DNA of 63,392 bases, the filler included, from Rhizaria sp. SCN 62-66 (lineage: Eukaryota), in NCBI GenBank assembly GCA_001724265.1. It is 3 parts of 3 records of this genome, joined end to end, with 100 filler letters (N's around TTAATTAATTAA, not from the genome) between each part and the next. Parts side by side here need not be neighbours in the genome. Positions count along the whole stretch, not along the records: positions 27,283 to 56,680 come from MEDY01000663.1; 2 more parts are not named here. One strand, given 5' to 3'. The translations under genes and the position numbers were made by a program. The notes beneath the pieces are model-generated. The model did no database searches. It worked only from the letters and a program-made list of their open reading frames with translations, and was not told where the DNA came from. Positions within the stretch are counted from its first letter, which is position 1. The number at the start of each line of letters is the position of its first letter. Below are positions 34,001-46,000 of this stretch, one piece after another.

Positions 34001-37000
34001 ATGAGTGTTCTCGACGTGTTTGTCATTCCCCGTCGCGACATCTCGGACCTCACGTTCTTCACGCTCGAGCTCACCGAGCAGTGCCTCGGTGCAGTCACGT
34101 TCATGTCCTCCGTCACGGTCTCCGCAATCTCCACGGGTGAGCTTTCGGGCAACGAAGAGGTCGGATCATGGACCCTGACTGCCAGCTCCACCAGTTCGCT
34201 GACGATCGGTTGCACTGGTGCGTGCTTCACACCCACGTCGACTGCGCGCCGCATACGCGTGAGCGGCATTCTCTTTGACGTGCTGACCCTGGGCGGCCAG
34301 TCGCTGGCCTCACTCCCCGGCGTCTGCGTCCAGGTGGGCACTACTCACCTGGGCGTCCACTACAAGCGCCCGTCGATCACGCCGTTGCCACTGCCTACAG
34401 CCGGGACAGTGCGCCACGTCGTGCAGTCCGCCACCGCGCCCGCCGCGAGTTTAATCGGTCCAGTTACTGCGGGCGACTTTGCGTTGTTCACCTTCACGCG
34501 GCTTGCCGTGAAGAACGCCTACGTCGCGCGCATCTCTTTTGCGGACACAAACGGCGCCGTGGCGGCGGTCGCCACGGGCAACGCGACGTGGCCGATTGTT
34601 TCTCGCATCTACAAGAATAGCGGCGTTTCGGGCTGCGTGTTGGCCTGCGCCAGTCCTTGCAGTCTCACTTCGCCCGTGTTCGGCGTCGAGTGCACGCCCA
34701 CGTCGACCGTGCTGACTTGCACGCCGGCTGCGCCGTGCCACGTGTACGTGCCCATCGCCGTCAGCAGCACGCTTTACAAGCGTCCGCGCAGGTCGGCCTA
34801 TCTCATCGGTGTCTCGCTCACGCCTACGGCGTACACCGGCGTTCTCGCACGCACGGTACTTTCGCTGCCCTTCACGGAGCGCGTGGACAACGTGCCCGAT
34901 CTCACCCTCACTGACGTGAGCGTGAACACATCGTCGTTAAACAACGACCCGTATGCCTATGGCATCACGGTTTCGTTCAAGATTCCGTCCTACACCGTCG
35001 CTGCTGGCTACACCCGTGTGGCTTTTGTGGTGACCTTCACGGACAACATTCAGCCCACGCCTACGTTCTTTACATCGGGGCTGGCTTGCAGCATTTCGTG
35101 CGTGATGATCTCGGTCCTCGGCAACAGGATCACCTTTGCACCCGCTACTGCCGCGCTCGCCGGCTCGTCTTTGTCGGTCACTCTAGCGGACCTCACGTTC
35201 GCCGACTCCAAGTGCGTCAACACAATCACCGGCATCGCCACGGCCGGCGTGTGCGCCGCGTCCAGCTTCACGGTGGACATTATCACCGACTTCCAGGTGC
35301 TCAATGCGCTGATCGCGTCAGCGGCGACGCCGGCGCTGCTGGCCGAGGCTGCCGCAGGCCGAAGCGTCAACGACGGCGCCATTGTGGCGCGCACGCGCAG
35401 TCCCGTGCTGATTTACCCCGCGCCGCCGACAGAGCACGCCTGGACCGTGCTATCGTACACGGAGACCGTTGACCCCGGTGTGCAGTACGCCTACAGCGTG
35501 GTGCTGACGCCGACCTACGACATGATCTTTGACATGGCCCCCGGCGCAAACTATCTCGTGCACATCGACCCCACGACCACCACGGCGTTCGCGAGTCTTG
35601 CTGTTTCGCGCGTGTCGCTCGCCTTCGCGGGCGCAGATGGGGCCAATCAGGATCTGGTGCTCAACGGCACGACCCCTGGACTCTGGTCCATGACTGTAGC
35701 CAGCCTTTCGCCTTTTCTGATTATGGACATTGTTTCCACCAACGACATCTCGCTCACGATCACGTTCACATCCAATACGATGCTGCTCGTGCCGATTCCG
35801 GGCTACACGCGCTTTGGCCCCGCGACTACGAGCTACTCGCGCCTGTCCGAGGGCTCCTTTGTCATTCCTGCCGCAAAGGCCCTCGCGCCCGGCACCGCTG
35901 CCGCGCGCCCGCTGGACCCCGTCAACGCGCCGTGGCTGCGCAACAGTGTGGCCAACTCGCTGTATCTTGAGACGTCCGTGTTGCCGCCGCTGACAACAGT
36001 CAGCTCCCTGGCGCTGTACACGCTCGTGTTCACTGTTCAGCGCGGCTCGATCCAGCCGTGCGCCGGACAGGTGTTCATTCTGAGGCAGCACGTGGTCACC
36101 ACGAGTAATCTCGGTGCTGACGCACAAGTGCTGCCGTGTGCTTACGACACGTCGACATCGAGGCTTGAGTGCCCGCTGACGTCGAAGGCCGTAATCTCTG
36201 CGCAGACGTTGAAGCTGCGCTTCCAGTTCATGGACTGTGTTACGGCGCCCTCGAGCTCACGCGTCACTGCCTCAGGCACCATGCAGCTGCGGCTCACTAC
36301 CGTCGCCAGCGGTGGCGCGCCGAACGCCGTCAACTATCGCGGCTCCGAGGTGCTTGCCTCCGCGTCGTTTGTGTTGCCGCGCGTGGCTCCGTGGACAAGC
36401 ACCCAGCTGATCACGGCGACGGCGAGTCTGGTGACTCCGGCGCAGAACAAGCACGACATCACATTCCCGCTGCCTTCGGTCACGGGCCTGTGTCCGTACA
36501 AGCAGCCGACCTACGGCGCGCTCCGCCTCATCATTCCTCGCGCCGCGCGCACGTCCTATGTGCTCGACCAGCTCCCGACGTCGGCGGCTGGCCTGACGTA
36601 CTTCCGCGATCCGATGAACATGGGCTACATTGCGTTGAACCCTTCCGGCTTCTCCGTGTGCACTGGCTCTACCGCGAACGCTTTGTCTGTCAAGGGCGTG
36701 TTCCTGCATCCTTTGACGTCACCGACGAGCAACTACATGCTCCAGTTTGGCGAGATGCACGACGCCACGGACCAGTTTGTGCCCGACATCACGCTCAGCA
36801 ACGTGCAGGTTACGTGGCCCGCGATCTCGGGCAACGGCTTTCTGCAGTCGTCTTACTTCTCTGTCGACAGCGCGACCTTCGTGCAGGGCACGGCGGAGAG
36901 CTCAGTCACCGCCAACGCCGCCATCACTGCGATCACATCCTGGGCATCGTTCGCCAAGATGGATGTGCGCGTCGAGCTCTCCGCGGGCTGCGCTTTTGAT

Positions 37001-40000
37001 TCCGCGATGGCGTCGCGCGTGCCCATGGCCGTGCTGTCCTCGGCCTCGGATCCTCAATTCGCGAAAAAAGTCGACCTTTGGACCGACCCGACCACGCCCA
37101 TGGTCGGGTACCTGCGTGTCACCGCGATCACAGGCTCTGTGGTTCCGACCAAATACCAGATCAAGCTTTCCGGATTCATCTGCGTTCCGGGCGCGGCCAC
37201 CATTAAGTTCTCTCTCGCTGACCCAATCACCCACGTCGTCCTCAGCAACCAGATCACGTCGAGCGCGCTCACTGTCACCGCGCCTCCCACCGCAACCGAC
37301 AGCACGGAGAGCGCCTCCGCGCCGCGCCTGATATGTCACGTTGTTGCCACGGCGACCCCACCGCGCTCGTTCGAAGTCCCGCCTGCGATGCGCGACGCCT
37401 CCATCATGGTCGGCAACGTCTACGACATCTTCTGCACTGTCACGCTGCGCCGCACGTGGCTGCCCGGCCAGCTGCTATTCCTGCCCCCCGGCTCTGGCTG
37501 GAACAGCGCCGCGAGTCGCGCGATTCAGGTGCAGGGCAGCGTCACAGGCCCCGCAAGTGACGCATCCAACGTGTTCACATGGAGCACCACTGTTGCTGTG
37601 CCGCCCGAGAAAAGGATTGGCGTCTGGTACTATAGCGCAACTGCGCCATCGACTGATGACGCCAGCACAATCACGGCATTCTCAACGCAGAATGGCGCCA
37701 TCGTGTACAAGAATTCATACTCACAAGGTTCAAACATTGCGCCGTCACAGAACTTGAGCCTGACTTTTTCGTGGTATGACCGTGCGTCGCTCCCTTCGAC
37801 GCCGAATAACATTCCATATAGCATCAGCTGTTTGTCACTGCCATCCTACAAGGCCACGGCGACTTACAACAACAAACAAGCATATTTTCTTTTCTCCACA
37901 CCAACAGTGCTTCCTGTGTTATCGTTCCTTCAGAACTCAGCCACAAGTGAGAACGCAAAGACAAATTTTGGAGCCTTTGCCACGATGACCGTCAATGGCG
38001 TTTCGAAAACGCCGGATGACAAATCGAACATTGTTTCGTCCTCTACTTTAGGCGGGACCCTGATTCGCTTTGTTGTAGACACCAAAATCAACAATAATAA
38101 CATCCTCAGCTTCAAATTTTGCGTATTTCCGTTCACTAACGCAGCGGACTTAACAAAATTTAAGACTACGACGCCGGTTCCGATAACAGCAACAACGGGC
38201 TGGCGTTTTGGCATCTGGAATACTGGAATGACAACTGAGTCAGTTGGACAGGCGCTGCGCATTGGTGGTACGCTCCCGCAATACCTGGAGCAGTCCGATG
38301 TGCCCCCGCAGTTCACGGTGCGCCCCCATCCGCTCACAGGCGTGATTGGTTACCAGCCGCTGCCGCACTCGTCCACCGCACCGCCCGCGTCCGCATCGAT
38401 GTCCATCCGTTTTGCGTACACGACTGAGGCTGGTGTTCCGTCAACAGGCGCAACGATGCAACGTGTGGGGTTCTTCCTCCCTCAGTATATCGTAACGTCA
38501 ACGCGCGGCCTTACAGTTACGCTGCTGCCCGGAGGTCAGACTGTCACTTACACTGCCGACGGTGACAGCGCCGACTGCACGTCGACTGGAGTTGAGAATA
38601 TGATGAGCTCAATTCAGCCACGCAGCAACAACTTTGCTACAACGCTCGCCAACGCTGTTTCAACATACCAACTGGCGACGACGACCGGTACAACTACTTG
38701 CTTTCGTGCAGCACTTCCAACATTAAACGCCACGATTGTTACTGGTGGCGAGGCTGACGTGACATTCTTCAATCTTGTCCAAAGCACCACCGCGCCGCCG
38801 CGTGAGGGCGCCTTCTCGATGGTGTCATTTATGAGCAGCACGTCTGTCTATACGTCCAAGCCCCTCGCCTCGACCACGTGGCCGCGGTCTTTCCCGATCC
38901 AGCCCATGCCGCGCGACGCCACCGCCTCGGTGACCGTCCAGGCCGCTGGCAGCTCGCCGATCATCGATGTTATGCGCAACGCGGCCACCACGCGTGTGTA
39001 TCGCCTCCACGCGAGCGGCGTGATTACCGTTTGCCCGCTTACCACCGCAGAGACGATTAATCTACAGGGCACGTACACGGAGAGCACCCCGTGCTCGACG
39101 TACGTGGACCTGATGGCATACGCGCGTTTGTACGATGTGAGCGAAACTGTCACGCAGAAGTACCAAGGCCTGCGTGGCGCGATGACGCTGTCGCCAGATG
39201 AGATGATTCTGCTCGTCAACTTTAACAACAAGGTTTTAATCGCTATTCGCCGCGACTTGATCACGGGCGAGCTCATTCGCGACAGCGTCAGCACCGAGGC
39301 GTTCGACCTCAGCGCCTACTTGGAGCCAACTGCGTTCACATATAGTGGGCCCGCGGCGCGCGCCGCGTCGCAGTCTGTGGCGCCGTTCATCATGCACGAC
39401 TATACTTCGTCGTACGGTCTGCGCTTCTACGTCACCGTTGTTGTCGGCCCGCAGATTCTTTCGTTCAACATGATTTACGGCTCGGCAACGCTGTGGTCGC
39501 TGGTTGGCACGACCACCTTTTCCCACAGCAGCGTGACGAGCGCCATGCTGAAGCAGGAGCAGCCGTCGCAGCTTCAGGCGCGCAACACCAACTCCTTCGT
39601 GCTTTGCCAGCGCATTTATTGCATCCTGTACGACCGCAACATCTCTGCAGAGTACGTCATCACGAAGCGCATCGAGTTCACGCTTTCGAGCGCGCTTGCC
39701 ACGACCGTGCCAACTGCTGGATCTGAGGGCGTGACGCGCCCCGGCGCCGTGGCCATCGGCCGCGCACTGCCGTGGGTCACCGCGCTCGACTACAAGGTCG
39801 GCGAGTACATGGCCGACGACGAGCTCTACTACGCCTACTGTGTCGGCACGCAGCGCGTTGCGCTTGCCCGCGTCTCGGGACTGCGCGGACTGACCGCGAT
39901 CACGGACAACCGCGTGCTGTCGATTGTCGACACGGTTGCGTTGCTCGGCACAAGCACCGAGGTTCTTGGCGTCATCAGCGTCGTCCCCACGGGCGACGGC

Positions 40001-43000
40001 TCTGCCGTGGTTGACGTCATGACCAAGTCGTCGGGGTATACCACAGCGAACCCAATTGGCGACGTGCACCGCATGTTCTTCACCTACGCGGACTCGACCT
40101 ACAACACTGCCAACACGGACCTGCCGCTCGTGTCGATTCCGGACAAGAACATTCTCACCAGCGTTCCTGTGCCGCAGACCGAGTACGAGTGGCGCCGTCT
40201 GCGCCCCTCAGTTTCTCAGGACGGCCGCATCTACACCACGATGTCCCCCGCTGCACCGCTGGCGACGCCCCTGAGCTCCGCGCCGGGCCCTTTGGTGCGC
40301 GTGTACAGTCTGCGCCTTGCCTACGCCAAGCCGGCGACGACAGTAACGCCGTCTCTGTACATGCACAGGGCCAACGCGGCCGCCGACAGTCTGACCGTGG
40401 ACGTTCGTCACCCGCGCAAGTTCATGACGACGTCCGCGACCACGCACGCCGCGCTCGACTGGGCCGTCTGGCACTCGCTGCCCTCGTCGGGTTTGCCCTC
40501 CGGCAGCATCTCTTGCGGCGGCGTGTCCACCACGCTGAGCGGTCTGCCGGCGACCAGTGGCGTGGGCAACTCCAGCTCCGACGCCTGGGCCCCTGTCGCT
40601 ACTGGTGGCGTCTATGATGCCGCTGTTCAGTGCACACTAACGGTGAAGTCACAGTGCTACGATGTCCGGCCTGGGTTCCACCAGTACCCGTCCATCTTCA
40701 TCGCAAGCACGTCCGACGCGAGCGCAGTTTTATTCCAGCGCCCCATTGAGCGTGGCATGCAGATCGAGGCGTACGCGTCCTCGCTTGTCGCCATTGTTGC
40801 GCGCAACTGCGTTCCGCTCGCTGGCAACGACTGCGACATGACTCTGATCCTGAACACGCTGACGTCAACAGATGTCACGCAGTTGATCTTCCTGCCCCGC
40901 ATCATTGCGTTTGTCAACGGTGCTACGCCCACGCTGCAGTATACCACTGAGTCGGCCACTGTGGGCAACCTTGCCTGCACTGCCACCTCTACGGTCCAAC
41001 TGCGGTGCGATTTCTCGGGCGCACGCGCTAATGGCGTTACGCTCTGGGTCTCCCTCGGTACCTACAAGCTCATCTCCAGTGCGCTTTCCGACGTGCTTTC
41101 GGACACGATTGCGCCGCATGTGCGTTTCAGCGCCGGAGTGCGCTTCATGCGCGCGATTGCGACAACCACAGCGGCGACGCTGCCCGTGACCGGCGTGCTA
41201 AGCGGCTACACTGCCATCGGCACAACCGCGGTCGCGGCAACGAGCACGCGCGTGATGCGCTTTGCTTCGATCACGCCCGACTGGCGTGAGGGCGCGATGT
41301 GCGTCTCCGTGTGGGGTGCCAACGCCACGCGCTGCGTCAAGGCCGCGTTCACCACCAACGGCGTGAACCTGCAGTCGCCGGTCGAGCTCACGCTAGACCT
41401 CCCCACGCCGCCCGCGGACGTGCAGCGCGTGTTCTTGCCCTCCGGCGACTCGTTCGGTTGGAGCCAGGCCGAGCACAAGCTGTACTTCTGGCGCTACTGC
41501 GAAGAGTGCGCGGCCTCTGGCGCCACCAGTCTGTACAACCCGCTCACCAGCACTGTGCCCGAGCGCGTGCGGTCCCTTCTCAACACGCGGCAGTTCACGC
41601 AGCCCGCGCCGCTGTTTACCGAGGGCGGGCTCATCCAGCGCTTGCACGTGATCCGCTCCACGCACCCCGCGCGCGGTGCGTTCGTGCTCGCGGTGGACCA
41701 GACCGGCGAGACGATCCCGCTGCGCATCGACCCGCGCGGCAACGGCTTTTCGTTGCGCACAGGCAAGGCTGGCACCTCAGGGTGGACGCCGCTGGCCACA
41801 GGCAGCGGTCACTGGGACGTGTCTAAGACCAAGATCGGCTCAGCTAAGACTGGCTACGACATCACAGCCATGGTTGACTGGACGGATCTCGCCAAGCGCA
41901 GCGCGAGCGTGCTCACATCGATTCTTGTCGCGTTCGAGTCGGGCGCGCTCGTGCACTACTCAGCGCCCGTGCTCGCGCGCACGATGACGGCGACCGGCTA
42001 CGAGAACCCGACAATGGCGGACCTGGCGCTGCCGCTGACGGAGCGTGTGGTGCGCAAGCCTACGGGCACGAGCCCGCTGCGGGCGATTGTTGTCTCGCAC
42101 GAGTGGGGTCTGTTCTTCACTGCTGGTGACGCTGGCATTGTGTACTATGGCTTTTTCCCGCGCGGTGACTCGGCGCTCGACACGGCCAGCTTTGGCGACA
42201 TCTCGCTCACGCGCGCGACGGACCTGCAGTTCCCTTGCAGCGTCACTAGTCTCGCACTGAACCCCCTCGCCACTGTGCTTGTCGCTGGCTGCTCCAGCGG
42301 CTACATCTACTCCGCACGCGTAACTCTCACCGCGTCATCGCTCACGCCGACCACGCCGGTGACTGTGGCGATGGCGTTCATCCCGCGTGACCCGACAAAA
42401 AAGTATATAAGCACGGTCCCGACGTTCTTGACGCCGTACATGACGCGGTGGTACAACACCCTACTGGTGAACAGTTACGACCAGGCGTACTTTGACAGCG
42501 TATACACGGACCGCTTCTCGATCAAGACGCCCTGGGCCGCGGTGCACGACGTTGCTTTCCACCCGTACGGCTCGCACGTGATTGTGCTTGGCTCCAACCC
42601 GACCGTGTCCTCTGTCAACGGTGCCTGGTCGGTCGCGGCGTACCACGTCTCGCACCCGATCACTGGTCTGAACGTGACCGTGCCTGACAACACGCTCGGC
42701 AAGGTGACGAACTGGACATTGACCGCCACAATGCCATCCATCGCCTACCACACGGCGACGCCGCTCATGTGCAGGCTCGATTTCCCGCCCACGACGACGT
42801 TCCCTGCAGTGACAGTCAGCACGAACTGGGCCAGCACCACGGTCGCCAACGCGACCGCTGTCGCCGCTGCCAGCACGACCACACGCTCGCAGCTGCAGTT
42901 CTCGCTCACTGTCACCTCCAACGCGGTGATGACGTCGCCGCTCACGGTCACGATTGTGGGTGTTAAGAATCCGACTCAGCTGTATGACAACCTCTCCGAC

Positions 43001-46000
43001 ATTACGTTTATGTGCCGTGTTGACAGCGCTACCATGACCGCAAGCGACGGAATTTTGACGCGCTATAACAATGGCTACGAGGTTGCGCGCGGGAGCAACG
43101 GCTACCTCGCCGGCATGCTACTCAGCGCGACGATGAAGAAGGGCGGACAGAACGTCGAATCGCTTCCTTCGTTCATCGTCGGCAGCACGACAACGCTGCA
43201 AGTCGTTCTGTCTACGAAGGCGACGTCGGACCCCATCGTGGTTCAGATTACTGCGTACGACCACGCCACCGACGCAGCGTCCACGCGCTGCTCTTTGTCT
43301 TCAACATCGGACACATATGACGCCGCCGCGTACGGCACGCAGATTGACGTCACTGTGCTTGTTGGCAACGATGTTGCGCTGTTTTACATGCACTGCTACT
43401 CGTCAACTCCTGTCGTGAGCTCAGACGGTGTCCGGCTGCGTCTGACGTCCAACTCCGCGGTCGCGCACATTGCGACGGTCGACACGGGTGTGTTCGACGT
43501 CCTGCCCTCCGTCTCGCGCTCAATCGAGTACCGGCTGCCGTCGCCGAGCACCGAGGTGCGCTACAACCCCGTGAGCTTCCCTGCGTCGGCCGACATTACG
43601 GTGATGCTGCGCTGGGACGCGCCTGTGTACGACAACAACGTACTGATCCGTCTTACGACTAACGCGCTGTCTGAGTGCACGTTCAGGGATCTGTACAACA
43701 CGGCGCTTCCCGCCGCGGCCACGTTCGACATCGACATTGGCATCACGAACTCGCACCTCACGACCAGCGCCCGAAGCTACGACGGCGTCGTGGTGACGTG
43801 CGTGCAGATCAACCCATCTGTGGTCATATTCACCTCGCACACGCAGGCGCTGGTGAACCTGCTCAGCACTGTTACGCAGCCGTTCAACGTGTACGGCTCG
43901 TCGTACATGGAAGAAGCCGACGGGTTCACCATTCCCATTAACGTCGTGCGCCCGTTCACGGTCAACATCCGCCCGCGTGCGCAGACGATGTCGACGATGT
44001 CTGTGCAGCTGTTGCGCAATAGTATCTCGATGACCAACTCGCCGTGTCGTCTCCGCACCACGTCAACGGGCAGTGACGCCGTCACCATCAGCGTAACCAT
44101 TGCCGCAAATCAGAGCAACGTGACGGCCTACATCATCTGCACGCAGTCTTTCTTCCTGCGCGAGTCGATTGACGTTTCCCTCTCGTACAGCAACAACGCC
44201 ACTGCGGGTTTCGAGATTGTCCCCACGGCACACATCATCGCTTACAATCCAAACACGGCGAGCAGCTATTACAGGCTGGATGGGACACTTATGACGCTCA
44301 CAGCTAACTCAACAACTTACCGTATTTCGTCCGGCACCGCATTCGACGTCTTCAGCGTGTTTAAATACCCTATCAGTCGCGCTAGTATCATGGTTGTCAT
44401 CGCTCCCGTGACTGCGGGCTGCCGCTTCTCCAAGTCTTCAATTGTCTATTCGTCAATGACAGCGGAGTCGGTGCCCGGCTTCACCACAACGACGAGCGGT
44501 GCGGCCGCTACTGGCATATACTACAGCCTCGAAACGGGCGCGACGAACGACCACTTCTTTGCCGCGTGCACGAACACGTCGGGCACGCTGACCTTCGAGA
44601 GGCAGATCCTTTCTGGCGACAACATCCAGTGGACCACACTGCCGGGCATCCGCATCCGCGCCGAGCTGCTGGTGCGCACCACGTCCGTGGGCAACATGTA
44701 CAACTACCTCTACTCTGGCCTGCAGGCGCTCGTACTGCACCCTCTCACGCTCGTCATCAATCCGGCCTGGGCTGGCACCGCCAACGTCGAAGTTGTCGTC
44801 ACAGGACCGACGTCGTGTCTCTTTGCCGAAGGTACTGATTTCATCAACACAATTCCGACCGAAGGCCAGCTCAATACGATTGCGCTCACGTCCACTTTCC
44901 ATAAGTTTATTGCCCCGGGCACTTCGTCCATCTCGCTGCGCATGCGCTGCCCGCTGACCAGTATCGGCGGCGTCGTCACCCTGACCTTCGCCGTGCCCGA
45001 CGCGTCGGCCAACGAATCTGCCGCGGACAAGACGCTGCGCGAGTCCTACACCGCGTACACGTCGCTGCCGATCAACGTCAACGGCTTTTATGACTTGACC
45101 TGGCGCAAAGTCACCACGTCTGGCACCGTCAACGTCGCCATCTCCAGTTCGTCCGCGGCCACGGTTCCCATCACCGCCGGCCAGGTCTTTGCCGACGCTG
45201 TGGTGCAGATCTTGGTCTCGATGCGTCCGCTGCCCGTCGTTAATAACGACCTCGTTGTCACGGTGTCACTGGTCGATGACGACGCCTCGGCGTGCCAGGT
45301 GTCGTTCAGCGAGAACCCTTCGAGCATCTGGCTCACGCAGCTCTACACCAGCACCAATGCGACGTACAGCGTGTACTTGTGGTGCAAGTCGCCCACGTCC
45401 AAGCCCATCGCGGTGCGGCTCAAGGTGACCGGCACCACGTACGGTACGTCATATCCTGCGTTCGACTCGACTCGTCTGCAGCCGCAGGGCTCGTTCGAGC
45501 TCTTGGGGCTGCCGACGAACTTCGTGACTGCCTCGCCGATCATTGGCTCGATCATGCTCTCGATCAACCCGAACGTACCTCAGGACATCCGCATCGAGCG
45601 CACAGACTCGTCCGCCGACTGCCGCTTCACGTCGGCAGCCAAGATCGCCGACACGTCGAGCTACACGGCGACGGCGATTGTGTCGCAGACGCAGGCGCAG
45701 TTCAACAACGCTAGCACTCGCATGGGCCCGATTCAGTTTGCCATCTACTGCCGCCGCACGCACGTCAAGGGTCCGATGATCCGTCTTGTCTCACCAGTCG
45801 GCAGTTACGTCACGGAAACCTTCGGCCCGTACCAGGTGCAGGGCCGCATGTCGCTGTCGTTCCTACACCCGACAACGAGCGTGGCGCAGAACATCACCGA
45901 TACGGACGCGTACTCGACCAACGACGGTACGGAAATGAACAGTGGTGCCAACGTCCTTGTCATGCCTGACCCGTACTTCCTGCGCGCGCCCAAGACGGAT

